A stretch of DNA of 64,000 bases from Acetobacteraceae bacterium (GTDB taxonomy: Bacteria > Pseudomonadota > Alphaproteobacteria > Acetobacterales > Acetobacteraceae). Positions 1 to 9,382 of this stretch are shown one piece after another. The notes under the pieces were generated by a model, which saw only the letters and a list, made by a program, of their open reading frames with translations, was not told where the DNA came from and searched no databases. Position 1 is the stretch's first letter. Each line of letters opens with the position of its first letter. The DNA lies in the NCBI GenBank assembly GCA_965260935.1, contig OZ253374.1, positions 3,608,755 through 3,672,754 of the forward strand. The letters run 5' to 3'. Made by a program: the position numbers and the translations under genes.

Positions 1-385
1 GCAACGCCAGTTGCAGCAGCAAGCCAAGAAAGCCGATCCCGCCCAGCCCGCCGCCAAAGAACCCATGGCCGATCAGCAGGCCACCAAGCCCGGCCCCAAT
101 CAGGCCTCCCAGCAACCCGCCGGCAAGGCCCGACCCAAAGCCGGATCGGCCGGGAGCCGCGGCAGCGCTCGGGCTGGGAGCTGTTTGCGCCGGTCTTGAA
201 GTCATGCTGCGCTGCATCGGCGCAGCGGTCGAAGGCGCGGTGTTGGTGACGGGAGGCGGAGAATACGTACGCGCGCCCCGGCTCCCGAACGAGCTTCCGC
301 CGCCAGCGCGCGCGTCGGCGAGCGACGGGGCCAGAACGATTGCGGCGGCCGCAACGGCCATCAAGAACACGGAACCACGGCGCAT
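1..385 (-). CDS. Tim44-like domain protein, N-terminal part (continues past window start)
   Basis: Absent from the ORF track because it has no stop in the window. Manual reverse translation from the ATG at 385 gives MRRGSVFLMAVAAAAIVLAPSLADARAGGGSSFGSRGARTYSPPPVTNTAPSTAAPMQRSM..., then a Gly-zipper segment GLAGGLLGGLIGAGLGGLLIG. A signal peptide plus the SFGSRG..TYS motif is what I recall for alphaproteobacterial Tim44-like proteins. Confidence 0.55.
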   Translation of the reverse strand, partial: MRRGSVFLMAVAAAAIVLAPSLADARAGGGSSFGSRGARTYSPPPVTNTAPSTAAPMQRSMTSRPAQTAPSPSAAAAPGRSGFGSGLAGGLLGGLIGAGLGGLLIGHGFFGGGLGGIGFLGLLLQLAL

Positions 386-432
386 GAGACATCCCCTCTG
401 TTGCCGAAGAATATAGAACGATTGAGAGTAGG

Positions 433-597
433 CTAAAGAGGCGCCTTTGCCGGTCTCACCTCGGTGAACGCCTCGAGCACAAGCATGCCGTGCGCGGCCG
501 CGAACTGGGCGCAGCGCTCCCGCTGGGCATCCAGTTCTAGGCCGGAGCGGCCCTGGCGTTCGGTGGAGACGCGGTAGTAGGCGACGGCGGGCTGCAT
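433..597 (-). pseudogene. Serine recombinase (resolvase/invertase) N-terminal fragment
   Basis: The tail of ORF 433..888 reads MQPAVAYYRVSTERQGRSGLELDAQRERCAQFAAAHGMLVLEAFTEV. The YYRVST.RQ catalytic-Ser motif is present, but only about 54 aa remain before a stop. Confidence 0.6.
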
Positions 598-639
598 TGC
601 TGCCCTGTTTCGCGCCATTCCGGCCCGAGTGGCAACAGG

Positions 640-1330
640 CCAAACGACCGTTTCGCCTTTATCCACGACGGCCGGGTGCCCGCGTCCGAGGCGCTCTGGC
701 AGGCGCTCGCCGCGGCGGGCCGTGGGCACGGACACGCCGACGACCGTGCTGTGCGACGGCGACGCCGGGCTGTGGCGGCTACAGCGCGCGGTGCTGCCGG
801 ACATCACGGTCGTGCTCGACTGATGGCACGCGGCTGTGCGCTTCGAGCATGCGCTGCGGGCGGCCCGCAGCCTCGGCGCGGCCGGCACAGCGGTCCGGAA
901 TCTGGAGCGGGCGAAGTGGCGCTTGTGGCACGGGAACTGGCCGGGGTGCCGGCGCAGGCTCGCCGCCCTGTGCCGCTGGGCGGGGCGCGAGAGCGTGCGC
1001 GAGCTGGCCGGTGCGGACAGGCTACGACGGCAGGTCGTGGGGCTGCTGGGCTACCTCGGGCGCAACGAGGCGGCGCTGATGCCATACGCCGCCCGGTACC
1101 AGCGCGACGAGCCGATCGCGACCTCGTTCGTGGAAGGTGCCGTAGACGAGATCATCGCCTGGCGCACGACGAAGAAGCAGCAGATGAGCTGGACCAAGGT
1201 AACAGTGCAGCCCTTCCTCGACGTGCGCACGACGGTGCTGAACAGCACTTTCGAGGACACCTTCCGCCGTCGCAACCCTGGCTTCCGGCCCGCCAATGAC
1301 GACCGCAAACCGATTGCAGCGGCAGCGTGA
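640..1330 (+). pseudogene. DDE transposase remnant, ISKra4-like (C-terminal two thirds)
   Basis: Frames 676, 629 and 836 together read ...LCDGDAGLWRLQRAVLPDITVVLD*WHAAVRFEHAL...ARYQRDEPIATSFVEGAVDEIIAWRTTKKQQMSWTKVTVQPFLDVRTTVLNSTFEDTFRRRNPGFRPAND. There is a frameshift near 745 and an in-frame TGA at 821-823 where WW is expected. The family name is recalled, not searched. Confidence 0.55.
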
Positions 1331-1769
1331 TCTCTTAGTCGTCCAAGGCGTCATCTTCCGCAACGGCGTCGAGGTCACCAACACGCCGCCTGATCACCGC
1401 GTCACTTAGACTCCGGCACAGCTCGCCGAATGCGGAGAAAATCATGATCCGACAGGGGCACCCATCACCAGCGCGACATTTCAACAAAGGGCTGGACCCG
1501 TGAACCCGCCATAAAAGAACGGCGCCAGCCAGGAGCTCATTAATAAAGTTCTGAAATGGCGCATTCAGAACGACCTAACGACATAGGGCCGTACCGAAGC
1601 GATCCGCGCCCCGGCTTGGCCCTGAGTTTCCGTTGGTCCGCTGAGCAGTGAGTGCGAAGGCTCGATTGACACTCGTCGCTCGCGAGTGACATCCTGCAAT
1701 CGTCAATAAGCAACAAAAAGCTGGCGCGGACGTGCCGGCCAAAAGCAGCACGCCTCCGGGGAGCACAGC

Positions 1770-2726
1770 ATGAGGATCATTACCTTAGCCGCTTGCACAG
1801 CCCTTGCCGCCGCGATCGGCACCGGGCCGTTGATGGCTCAGGACTATCCAACGAAACAGGTGAACTACATCATCCCGTTCAATGCCGGCGGGGAGTCTGA
1901 CATTACCGCCCGCTTGCAGCAGCCGGCGTTTAAGCAGATTACCGACCAGAGTCTGGTGATACAGTACATGGAAGGCGCGGGCGGCGCCCAGGCTTGGTCC
2001 CAGCTCAACAGCATGCCCGGCGACGGCTACACCATCATGGGCACCAATCTGCCGCACATCATCCTGCAGCCAATGGCGCAGAATGTGGGCTACAAAACCG
2101 ACGACATCACGAACGTGTATTTCTTCCAGTATACGCCGGACGCCATTATCGTACCAACGAAAAGCCAGTTCAAAACTTTGAAGGATTTGGTGGATTACGC
2201 TAAGAAAACGCCTGGCGCCGTCACCTTCTCCGGCAGCGGCACCAACTCGGCCAACAACGTCGCCAAAGCCAAGTTCGACGCGCTCGCCGGCGTCATCACC
2301 ACCTATATCCCGTTCTCAGGCACGAGCCCCGCGACCGCCGCCGTGCTCGGCAGCCAGGTGATGGCCGGGTTCAGCTACACGACCGCGGCGATCAACCAAG
2401 GCGACGCGCTGCGCGTGCTCGCGATCGCCGCCGACAAGCGGGTCCCGAGCATGCCGGAGGTGCCGACATTCAAGGAGCTGGGTTACGACCTGACCGGCGG
2501 CGCCTACCGCGGCGTCGGCGTACCCAAATCCACCCCGGAAGACATCCGCACCAAGCTCTCCGACATCATCGGCAAGATCAATCACGACCCAGCCTTCATC
2601 AAGAAGATGGAAGACGGCGGCTATGTCCTGATCGACGTGCCTTATACCGGCATGAAAACCTTCATGCAGGAGCGCGAGACGCAATACCAGGCCGCGGCCA
2701 AGCAGATGGGGATCGCGCAGAAGTAA
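1770..2726 (+). CDS. tctC: Tripartite tricarboxylate transporter substrate-binding protein (Bug/TctC family)
   Basis: 318-aa ORF with a signal peptide (MRIITLAACTALAAAIGTGPLMAQ). Bug-family features include YPTKQVNYIIPFNAGGESD and GAYRGVGVPKSTP. It lies upstream of tctA. Confidence 0.85.
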   Translation: MRIITLAACTALAAAIGTGPLMAQDYPTKQVNYIIPFNAGGESDITARLQQPAFKQITDQSLVIQYMEGAGGAQAWSQLNSMPGDGYTIMGTNLPHIILQPMAQNVGYKTDDITNVYFFQYTPDAIIVPTKSQFKTLKDLVDYAKKTPGAVTFSGSGTNSANNVAKAKFDALAGVITTYIPFSGTSPATAAVLGSQVMAGFSYTTAAINQGDALRVLAIAADKRVPSMPEVPTFKELGYDLTGGAYRGVGVPKSTPEDIRTKLSDIIGKINHDPAFIKKMEDGGYVLIDVPYTGMKTFMQERETQYQAAAKQMGIAQK

Positions 2727-2741
2727 CGAGAGCCCGCTCCG

Positions 2742-4295
2742 GTGGAAAAGCTGGTCTACCTGGCCGAGGCGCTGACGCCGCTCAACCTGCTGTTCGCCAC
2801 GGGCGGCGTGCTGGCCGGCATCATCATCGGCGCGCTGCCGGGTCTTTCGGCGACGATGGCGGTCGCCGTCCTCGTGCCGTTCACCTTCGGGATGAACCCG
2901 GCATCCGGCCTGATCGTGCTGGGCGCCATCTACACCGGCGCCATCTACGGCGGCTCCTACTCCGCCATCCTGGTGAACACCCCCGGCACGCCGTCCGCCA
3001 TCGCCACGACCTTCGACGGCTTCCCAATGGCCAAGCGGGGCGACGGCGCACTGGCCGTGACGCTCTCGACATTCGCGTCCGTCATAGGCGGGCTTGTCGG
3101 CGCGCTCATGCTGATGTTCCTGGCGCCCCCGCTCGCCAACGTGGCGCTGGCCTTCGGTCCGCCGGAGTATTTCTGGCTCGCGGTGTTCGGCCTGACGCTG
3201 ATCTCCGCCCTTTCTACCGGCAACCTGCTCAAAGGCCTGATCGGGGCGTGCTTCGGGCTGCTTCTCTCGATGGTGGGCGTCGCCGTCATCGGCGCGGACG
3301 TGCGCTTCACCATGGGCAGCCACGTGCTGCTGGGCGGGATCAACATCGTCGCCGGCTTGATCGGGCTCTACTGCGTCCCGGTGCTGATCGACCTCGTCGC
3401 CACCAAGGATCCTCACCTGCAGGTCGAGACGGAGGCCACCGGGTTCCGGCTGAAGCAAGCGTTCCAGGTCATGGGCCGCGAGAAACTCAACCTCCTGCGC
3501 AGCTCCATCATCGGCACCGTGGTCGGCATCTTGCCCGGCGCCGGCGGATCGGTCGCGAGCCTCGTCGCCTACTCGGAGGCCCGGCGCGCCTCCAGGCACC
3601 CCGAGCGCTTCGGCCAGGGCGAGCCGGGAGGCATAATCGCCACCGAATCCGCGAATAACGCCACCGTCGGCGGGGGCTTCATCCCGACGCTCGTGCTCGG
3701 CATTCCCGGGACACCGCCGGACGCGGTCATCCTCGGCGCCCTGCTCGTGCAAGGCATCCGCATCGGCCCGGCGCTGTTCACGTCCCAGGGGTCGATCGTC
3801 TACACCTTCATCTTCGGCCTGCTGATCGGCACCGTCTTGATGCTGCCGATCGGCCTAGTTGTCGGGCGCTACGCCTACAAGAGCATCATCGCGATCCCGA
3901 AGGCGGCGCTTGTGCCGACGATCGCGTTCCTCACCGTCGTCGGCAGCTTCGCGATCCACAACAACCTGAACGACGTCTGGGTTATGCTTGGCCTGGGCGC
4001 TGTCGGCTGGGTGCTCAACCGCGCCGGGTTCGCGCCATCGCCGATCGTGCTCGGCCTGGTTCTCGGCCAGATTGCCGAGCAGGGCTTTGTTCAGAGCTAC
4101 CTGATCGGCAACGCTATCAACAACGTAGCGGGCCAGTTTTTCGCTCGCCCGATCTCGCTTGTCATCATCGCCTTCTCTGTGCTGACTCTGTTTTATCCCT
4201 TGATGGCGGCCCGCATCGGTGCCCGGCGCGCCCGGCAATCGCAACCTGACTTGACCGTGGAGGGCGCCCGTGGCGGACAGACCAAGAGCGTATGA
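2742..4295 (+). CDS. tctA: Tripartite tricarboxylate transporter large permease TctA
   Basis: 517-aa polytopic ORF with a GTG start. TctA-type motifs are GALPGLSATMAVAVLVPFTF, GGSYSAILVNTPGTPSA and GILPGAGGSVASLVAYSEA. Confidence 0.9.
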   Translation: MEKLVYLAEALTPLNLLFATGGVLAGIIIGALPGLSATMAVAVLVPFTFGMNPASGLIVLGAIYTGAIYGGSYSAILVNTPGTPSAIATTFDGFPMAKRGDGALAVTLSTFASVIGGLVGALMLMFLAPPLANVALAFGPPEYFWLAVFGLTLISALSTGNLLKGLIGACFGLLLSMVGVAVIGADVRFTMGSHVLLGGINIVAGLIGLYCVPVLIDLVATKDPHLQVETEATGFRLKQAFQVMGREKLNLLRSSIIGTVVGILPGAGGSVASLVAYSEARRASRHPERFGQGEPGGIIATESANNATVGGGFIPTLVLGIPGTPPDAVILGALLVQGIRIGPALFTSQGSIVYTFIFGLLIGTVLMLPIGLVVGRYAYKSIIAIPKAALVPTIAFLTVVGSFAIHNNLNDVWVMLGLGAVGWVLNRAGFAPSPIVLGLVLGQIAEQGFVQSYLIGNAINNVAGQFFARPISLVIIAFSVLTLFYPLMAARIGARRARQSQPDLTVEGARGGQTKSV

Positions 4296-4740
4296 CCTGC
4301 CCGGCACGATTGCTGGCGCTGCATTTGCCTGTCTGGCGCTTGTGCTGATCATCGAGAGCCGTTCGATGACGGCGATGGGGTCAGTGTTCCCCACCACCAT
4401 CTCCGCGGCAATGCTTGCTCTCTCGGCCGCCCTCATCGCGCGAAACTTGCTGCCCGCCTTTGCCAAGAAGCCGGACAGCCCGCCAGCGGCGGCGTCCATG
4501 CAACGGGAATCCAGAGCAAGACGGATCGCATTTATGATCGCCATGGCGGCATGGGTCGGTTTGATCCCGTTCCTTGGATTTTACTTGTCAAGCCTTGCCG
4601 CGTTCGCCGCTATCCTCGCCATCGCGTCGCACGAACGCAGCGGCCCAAAGACCTGGGCCTTGCTCGGCGGCATTGGGCTCGCGATCGTCACGGGGTTTTC
4701 CTTGCTGATGTCGAAGGTCCTGCTGATCCCGTTGCCTTGA
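4270..4740 (+). CDS. tctB: Tripartite tricarboxylate transporter small subunit TctB family
   Basis: 156-aa ORF with about 4 TM segments that overlaps the tctA 3' end by 26 nt. The C-terminus ...GFSLLMSKVLLIPLP resembles TctB tails. The start is uncertain. Confidence 0.6.
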   Translation: MADRPRAYDLPGTIAGAAFACLALVLIIESRSMTAMGSVFPTTISAAMLALSAALIARNLLPAFAKKPDSPPAAASMQRESRARRIAFMIAMAAWVGLIPFLGFYLSSLAAFAAILAIASHERSGPKTWALLGGIGLAIVTGFSLLMSKVLLIPLP

Positions 4741-5140
4741 TACGTTTGAGCTCTAGGCAGAGGGTTCGTAGCTTGGTCAACGGAAGGGTCATGCGGGTAG
4801 TGGGTCAGTTTGAAATTAGATACGGACATAATTCTTAGATCAGTGATCCCTGCTTGTTGGCCGTCTCCCGCGTGGCCTGCTTGAACGCCGCCCCGGTGTC
4901 CACGAGCGGAATCGCTGATTTTATGCCGTTCAGCACCTGTTTGTTGATTTTCGCTGAGACCTGACCCGGCGTTTTCATCGAGAAGTGACCCGGCTTGCGA
5001 TGTTTCCCGCGTGTTGCGGGTGTGGGTCAAGCGGGTGTTTGGCTTTCCTGTTCCTTTCTTCGGCAGAGCTGTTCCTGAACCTAAACTGCCATTTCCGGAG
5101 GACCTCGGGCAGCGCCCGCGCAGACAGACGGGGAGGGGGA

Positions 5141-5845
5141 ATGGACGGCATTCGAACCAAGCAGAAGCAGCCCGACCAGCGCGAAGACGGGCCGACGACG
5201 GCGGTCGTCCAGGACGGGCACGCCGCCCTGGTGGCCTTCACCCGTCGCCAGGTCGAAATCGCCCGCGCCTATGTCGAGGCGTCGCGATCCGCGTCAACCC
5301 GAGCCAAGTACCTGCAGCATTGGAGGCGTTCAACCTTTGGTGCCACGCCCACGAGCACCAGGCGCTCCCGGCGGACCCGGCGGCGCTCGCCGTCCACCTG
5401 CCCGACCTCGCCGCCGCCGGCGTGGTGCCGCAGACACTTGCGCTCAGGATGGCCGCTCATCGGCTACGCCCACTGCCAGGCCGGCGAGGCCGTTCCGCAC
5501 AAGGCAAAAGGCGGCACGGTGATCCTCGGTGTCCTGGCCAGGGCACGGCGCAGATGGGGTAAGCCGCCGCACCGCAAGGCGGCCGCGGACGGCGACGTGA
5601 TCTGGTCCATGCTGCACGCGATCAAGGGCGACGCGCTCAGGAACGTGCGCGACGGGGCGCTGCTGTCCTTAGGCATGGTGTCGTGCCTGCGCCGGTCCGA
5701 GATCACCGCTCTTGACGTGCCAAACATCGTGCGCGCGCCGGAGGGCCTGCACGTCACGATCCGCCGTTCAAAGGGCGACCAGGAAGGCGCCGGCGCCGCC
5801 ATCGCCATCCCGGCCGCCCGCCACCTGAAGCCGGTGCAGGTGGAT
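5141..5845 (+). pseudogene. Tyrosine recombinase/phage integrase, frameshifted and 3'-truncated
   Basis: Reads ARAYVEASRSASTRAKY (frame 2), then EAFNLWCHAHEHQALPADPAALAVHLPDLAAAGVVPQTLALRMAA (frame 1), then IGYAHCQAG...LRNVRDGALLSLGMVSCLRRSEITALDV...LHVTIRRSKGDQEGAGA (frame 2). That is two frameshifts. The sequence ends before the catalytic C-terminal region. Confidence 0.65.
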
Positions 5846-5884
5846 TCACGTGGTCGTCGCACCGCCTTGAGGAGGGCGGAAGCG

Positions 5885-6130
5885 ATGGCGGGTCGGCGGC
5901 GTTCGGATCGGGCTTTGCGGAAGAAGCTGAGGTCGCCGGGGCGGCCGGGGGTGGCGCGGCGGGAGGACCGTCGGCAGTTCTGGGCGTTGATCGCCGATGG
6001 CTTGTCGGGCGAGGACGCGGCGATGGTGGTGGGGATATCGCAGCCGGCCGGGTTTCGGTGGTTCCGGGTAGGAGGCGGGATGGCGCCGTCGCGCGTGTCG
6101 CGCTCGTTGAAGCCGCTGTCGGGGCGCTAG
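5885..6130 (+). pseudogene. IS30-family transposase N-terminal fragment, cut by the IS630 insertion
   Basis: MAGRRRSDRALRKKLRSPGRPGVARREDRRQFWALIADGLSGEDAAMVVGISQPAGFRWFRVGGGMAP...LSGR, then stop. Relatives continue LSGRYLSF. The TA of that Tyr codon is the IS630 target. Confidence 0.6.
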
Positions 6131-7233
6131 AGCGGTTTTCATATAGGTCCGGCGTGCATGTATCCTGAGTGCCTGAAGTAACCGCGTGCGTCCTGGGGCG
6201 TGATGGCGGCGAGTGCTGGTCCGAGCGCCTTGTGCAGGGCGTCTGCTGTGCGTGCGGCGGCTTGGCGCAGCTTGCCTTTCAGCTTGGCCCAGCCTGGCTC
6301 AATGGGGTTTAGGTCTGGGCTGTAGGGAGGCAGGTAACGGCAGGCAAAACCCGAGGCGTCCAACGCCGCCCGCACCGCGGGCGTCTTGTGCGCGGCCAGG
6401 TTGTCCATCACCAGCACGGCGTCGGGCCGCACTTGGCGCAGCTTAGGCAGCAGCGCCTTGTCGAGAAAGGCCGTGAACACGGCGGCGTCGGTTGCAGCCT
6501 CGACCGACATGGCGGCCACAATGCCGCCCACGCCAAGCGCCCCTCCGCTGCCTTTCCACGCGCATGAGCGCGCGGAACCTTCGGCAGCTCCGCCCAGCAC
6601 GGTCACGCGCTTCCAGCGGCCCGCGGGCACTGTGCCCAGGGCGCGTTGCCCGCGCGGGGCGCGGCCATGCAGGCAGGCCATGTTGGTCAGCCCGCCGCAC
6701 TCGTCCAGGAACACCAGCCGCTCCGGCGCGATCCCGCCCACCCCGGCCTGCGCGTTTGTGCGCCAGGCGGCCCGGGCGCGTGCCACGTCGTCACGGTCCT
6801 GCTCGGCCGCGCGCAGCGTGCGCTTTTTTCAGCTCCATCTTATGCGCCGCAGCGCCCGGTGCACGGTGGACAGGTGAACCAGCACCTTGGCCTCCTCGGC
6901 CAAGCGGTCACGGCACTGCGCCAAGGTCAGGTGGTTGGCGCCTTCCAGCACCCGCCGCAGCGCCGCCTCTGCCTTGCCTGCAATCACCGGCTTGCGGTGG
7001 CCGCCCATCTTGCCCGCCACGCGCCGCCCGTCCCGCCGAAGCGCCCGCGCCCAGTCCTGCACCGTCGAGCGGCCCACCTCGAACCGCCGGGCCAGAGCCG
7101 ACACCGCCTCTTCCGCCTCAATCGCCGCCAGAACCCGTTCCCGCAAGTCCGCCGAATACGCACCAGCCATCAAATCCATCCCAAAACCAGGCATATGGGA
7201 ACAAATCGCCGGACCTAAACGCAAATCGCTCTA
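6128..7233 (-). mobile_element. IS630-family insertion sequence with TA flanks
   Basis: Imperfect terminal inverted repeats match at 21 of 25 positions. The left one is GAGCGGTTTTCATATAGGTCCGGCG from 6130. The reverse complement of the right end, GAGCGATTTGCGTTTAGGTCCGGCG, ends at 7231. TA dinucleotides flank the element at 6128-6129 and 7232-7233. Confidence 0.8.
6139..7170 (-). pseudogene. IS630-family transposase interrupted by an in-frame TGA
   Basis: ORFs 6829..7224 (MAGAYSADLRERVLAAIEAEE...HRALRRIRWS) and 6139..6786 (...LVFLDECGGLTNM...VMDNLAAHKT...YLPPYSPDLNPIEPGWAKLK, a DDE/D motif) are in the same frame. They are separated only by the TGA at 6829-6831 (RIRWS*KKRTLRAAEQDR). Confidence 0.75.
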
Positions 7234-7998
7234 GGTGCTCGCCCGGCAGCAGCCCGCGCTTCTCCAGACAGGCGTGAACCACCGCGACCATGTTGTCGTC
7301 CGGCACGGTGGCGGGCGTCGTCTCGACGTTGTTGATTACATGCGGCCCCTCGCAGGCCTTGTCAGCTTCGCTGACATCCCGCCGGAGGATCGCTTCGCGA
7401 TGGTCGCAGGTTTCGGTCACCAGCACCTTGTAGCCGACCCAGATCACGTCGCGTTTGTTGCTGTAGCGAGCCTCGGGGTCGTCGGGCGAGCGGATCTGCT
7501 CGGCGAATCGCGGCAGTCCGGCGGCGTTGCCCAGACGCATGCGCCCGCCCTCCACGACATACTACGCCGCCCAGACCTGGCGCAGGACCTGCACCATCGG
7601 CGATTGCGCCAGCTCCGGTTGCTGGGCCGCGGCGTCGATCAAAGCGGCCAGCTCCTGGCGCATCGCCTCGGTCTTGGGCCGGCGGTTGTTCTCCGCCGGC
7701 CGGCCATGCCGCCCATACCAGGCAGCCGGCGCCACCGCTTGCAGCCACTCCGGCGCAACGGCGGCCACCTCGTTCAGCGCCGTCCGCACTGTCTCGCCCG
7801 CGCGCCTTGACCAGGCCCTGCTCTTGCAGGCGCTTGCCGCAGGCTGTCGAGCAGGAAAAGCCCAGCGTCGCCCGCGACCAGGCGGGTGCGGAACTCGCTC
7901 AGCGCCGTGTGGTCGAAGCCGGGGTCGGTCAGCGCCAAGCCGAGCGCGTGCTTCCAGTCGATCCGGCCCCGCACAGCGTCCGCCATCTCGCGGTCTAA

Positions 7999-8931
7999 GA
8001 GTCGGTCCAAGATCATTTTCAGCCGTTGCAGAGCCTTCGCAGCATGAGCCGAACTGATGCCCACCGCAGGAATGCCAGCGCGTTTTGGTTGAGGCACTCC
8101 CAATCCTTTGCCAGGCGTCGGCAGCGGTTCAGCCACGCGATGGTACGTTCCACGATCCAGCGCTTGGGCAGCACGACGAACTTGCCGGTGTCGCAGCGCC
8201 GCACGATTTCGACATTCACCTCGCGGCAGACCCGGGCCAAACCTTGCCGGAACTTCGGCCCTTGATAGCCCGCGTCGGCATAGAGCTTCAGCAAAAACGG
8301 ATACAGCCCGAACAACGTCGCCATCAGCAGCACGCCACCGTCGCGGTCCTGGATATCGGCGGCATGGACGATCGCATCCATCAGCAAGCCTTGGGTGTCG
8401 ACGAGGACATGCCGCTTCTTGCCTTTGATCTTCTTGCCGCCATCAAAGCCCGGCGGATCGATCCTGCGCCCCCCTTTTCGGCGCTCTTGACGCTCTGGCT
8501 GTCGATAATGGCCGCGGTCGGACTGCCCTGCCGACATGCCTGCTCACGGCAGAGCACGTAGAGCGCGTGGTGGAGCCGATCGAGCGTTCCGTCGTGCTGC
8601 CAGCGGCAGAAATAGTGGTTCACCGTGCTGCGGGGCGGCAGGTCCTTCGGGATCGCACGCCACTGGCAGCCGGTGCTCAGCACATACATCAGCCCGTTCA
8701 TCACCTCGCGCTCGTCCACGGTCCGCTTGTTGCCGCCTCGCCTGGCGCGCGGAATCTGCGTCTTTGTCAGCGCCCACTCTTCGTCGGTCAGGTCGCTGGG
8801 ATAGCGCAGCTTGCTGCGGTCGTAACGGACACGGTTTTCAACAGTCCACATCGGCATGCTCCTGCGAATCGGGGCTGCCGTGATGGAATCACAAACGACT
8901 CAGTGCACTCAACATGATCTTGGACCGACAC
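7999..8931 (-). mobile_element. IS5-family insertion sequence (IS427/IS1031-group-like), apparently intact
   Basis: 933-bp element. The terminal inverted repeats are GAGTCGGTCCAAGATCAT (7999-8016) and the reverse complement of 8914-8931, GTGTCGGTCCAAGATCAT, matching at 17 of 18 positions. TAA direct repeats flank it at 7996-7998 and 8932-8934. Confidence 0.85.
8019..8857 (-). CDS. IS5-family transposase, two frames joined by a probable -1 frameshift
   Basis: orfA is 8381..8857 (MPMWTVENRVRYDRSKLRYPSDLTDEEW...STGCQWRAIPKDLPP...IDSQSVKSAEKGG). orfB is 8019..8537 (RRIDPPGFDGGKKIKGKKRHVLVDTQGLL...YADAGYQG...WIVERTIAWLNRCRRLAKDWE). The frames overlap at the run GAAAAGGGGGGC (about 8465-8480). Confidence 0.8.
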
Positions 8932-9382
8932 TAACAGGTTCTCCATGAACTGCAGCACTACGGCGAGCGCGAGCCGGCCCGCCGCGGGCTGGCCACGGCT
9001 CGGGAACAACGCCGCGAATTGGCTATCATGCATATACGAGGCCAAGCGCGTCGGCGATGCGCAGGCAAGGTGTGCCCTTGGGGAAAGCAGCCCGGGCAAC
9101 GCGACGGGTCTCTTCAGGCACGGCGAGCGGGTCTTGCGGGCGCAGCATAGCAAGAGCCTTCAATGGGACAGGCCGCATCATCGCTCCCGAACCGACGCAT
9201 GCGCTGCCAAAACGCCAGGAGCAAGCCTAATCGCTGACTTCGCCACCAGTATCAACAGTCGTGTCACGAATTACCGCTTCAGGCCTCGATGGACGGCGGC
9301 GATCTCGTTGGACTTTGATGAAGTTCCCTTTCGTGTCGCGATCTGAAATGATCCGGAGGGCGCAGAATACAAGGCGGACTCC

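Larger units (their letters stand above)
7235..9148 (-). pseudogene. IS1182-family transposase, degraded, carrying a nested IS and truncated by IS630
   Basis: The N-terminus was translated manually from the ATG at 9148: MLRPQDPLAVPEETRRVARAAFPKGTPCLRIADALGLVY. A frameshift near 9030 follows, then DSQFAALFPSRGQPAAGRLALAVVLQFMENL, then the nested IS (7999-8931). It continues LDREMADAVRGRIDWKHALGLALTDPGFDHTALSEFRTRL, has an internal deletion/frameshift near 7790, then ETVRTALNEVAAVAPEWLQ. An in-frame TAG lies at 7562-7564. The last readable part, ...DPEARYSNKRDVIWVGYKVLVTETCD...LLPGEHL, is cut at 7234. Confidence 0.65.

Noticed and set aside
4835-4978. A 47-aa reverse-strand ORF, MKTPGQVSAKINKQVLNGIKSAIPLVDTGAAFKQATRETANKQGSLI, in the gap between tctB and the integrase remnant
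   Set aside because: It is below the ORF-track size cut-off, has no recognisable family and no clear RBS, and has only moderate third-position GC. It may be a gene fragment from the decayed island.
6521-6600. A possible ~15-aa extra segment (AAEGSARSCAWKGSG) inside the IS630 transposase
   Set aside because: It looks inserted relative to my memory of IS630 proteins (…VTVLGALG…). I cannot verify this without an alignment to reference copies.
6824-6836. An A-rich run (GCTGAAAAAAGCG on the coding strand) that first looked like an IS630 programmed -1 frameshift site
   Set aside because: A frame check shows the two transposase halves are in the same frame, since 7224-6786 is divisible by 3. They are separated only by the TGA, so no frameshift is needed. 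It is reported instead as an in-frame stop.
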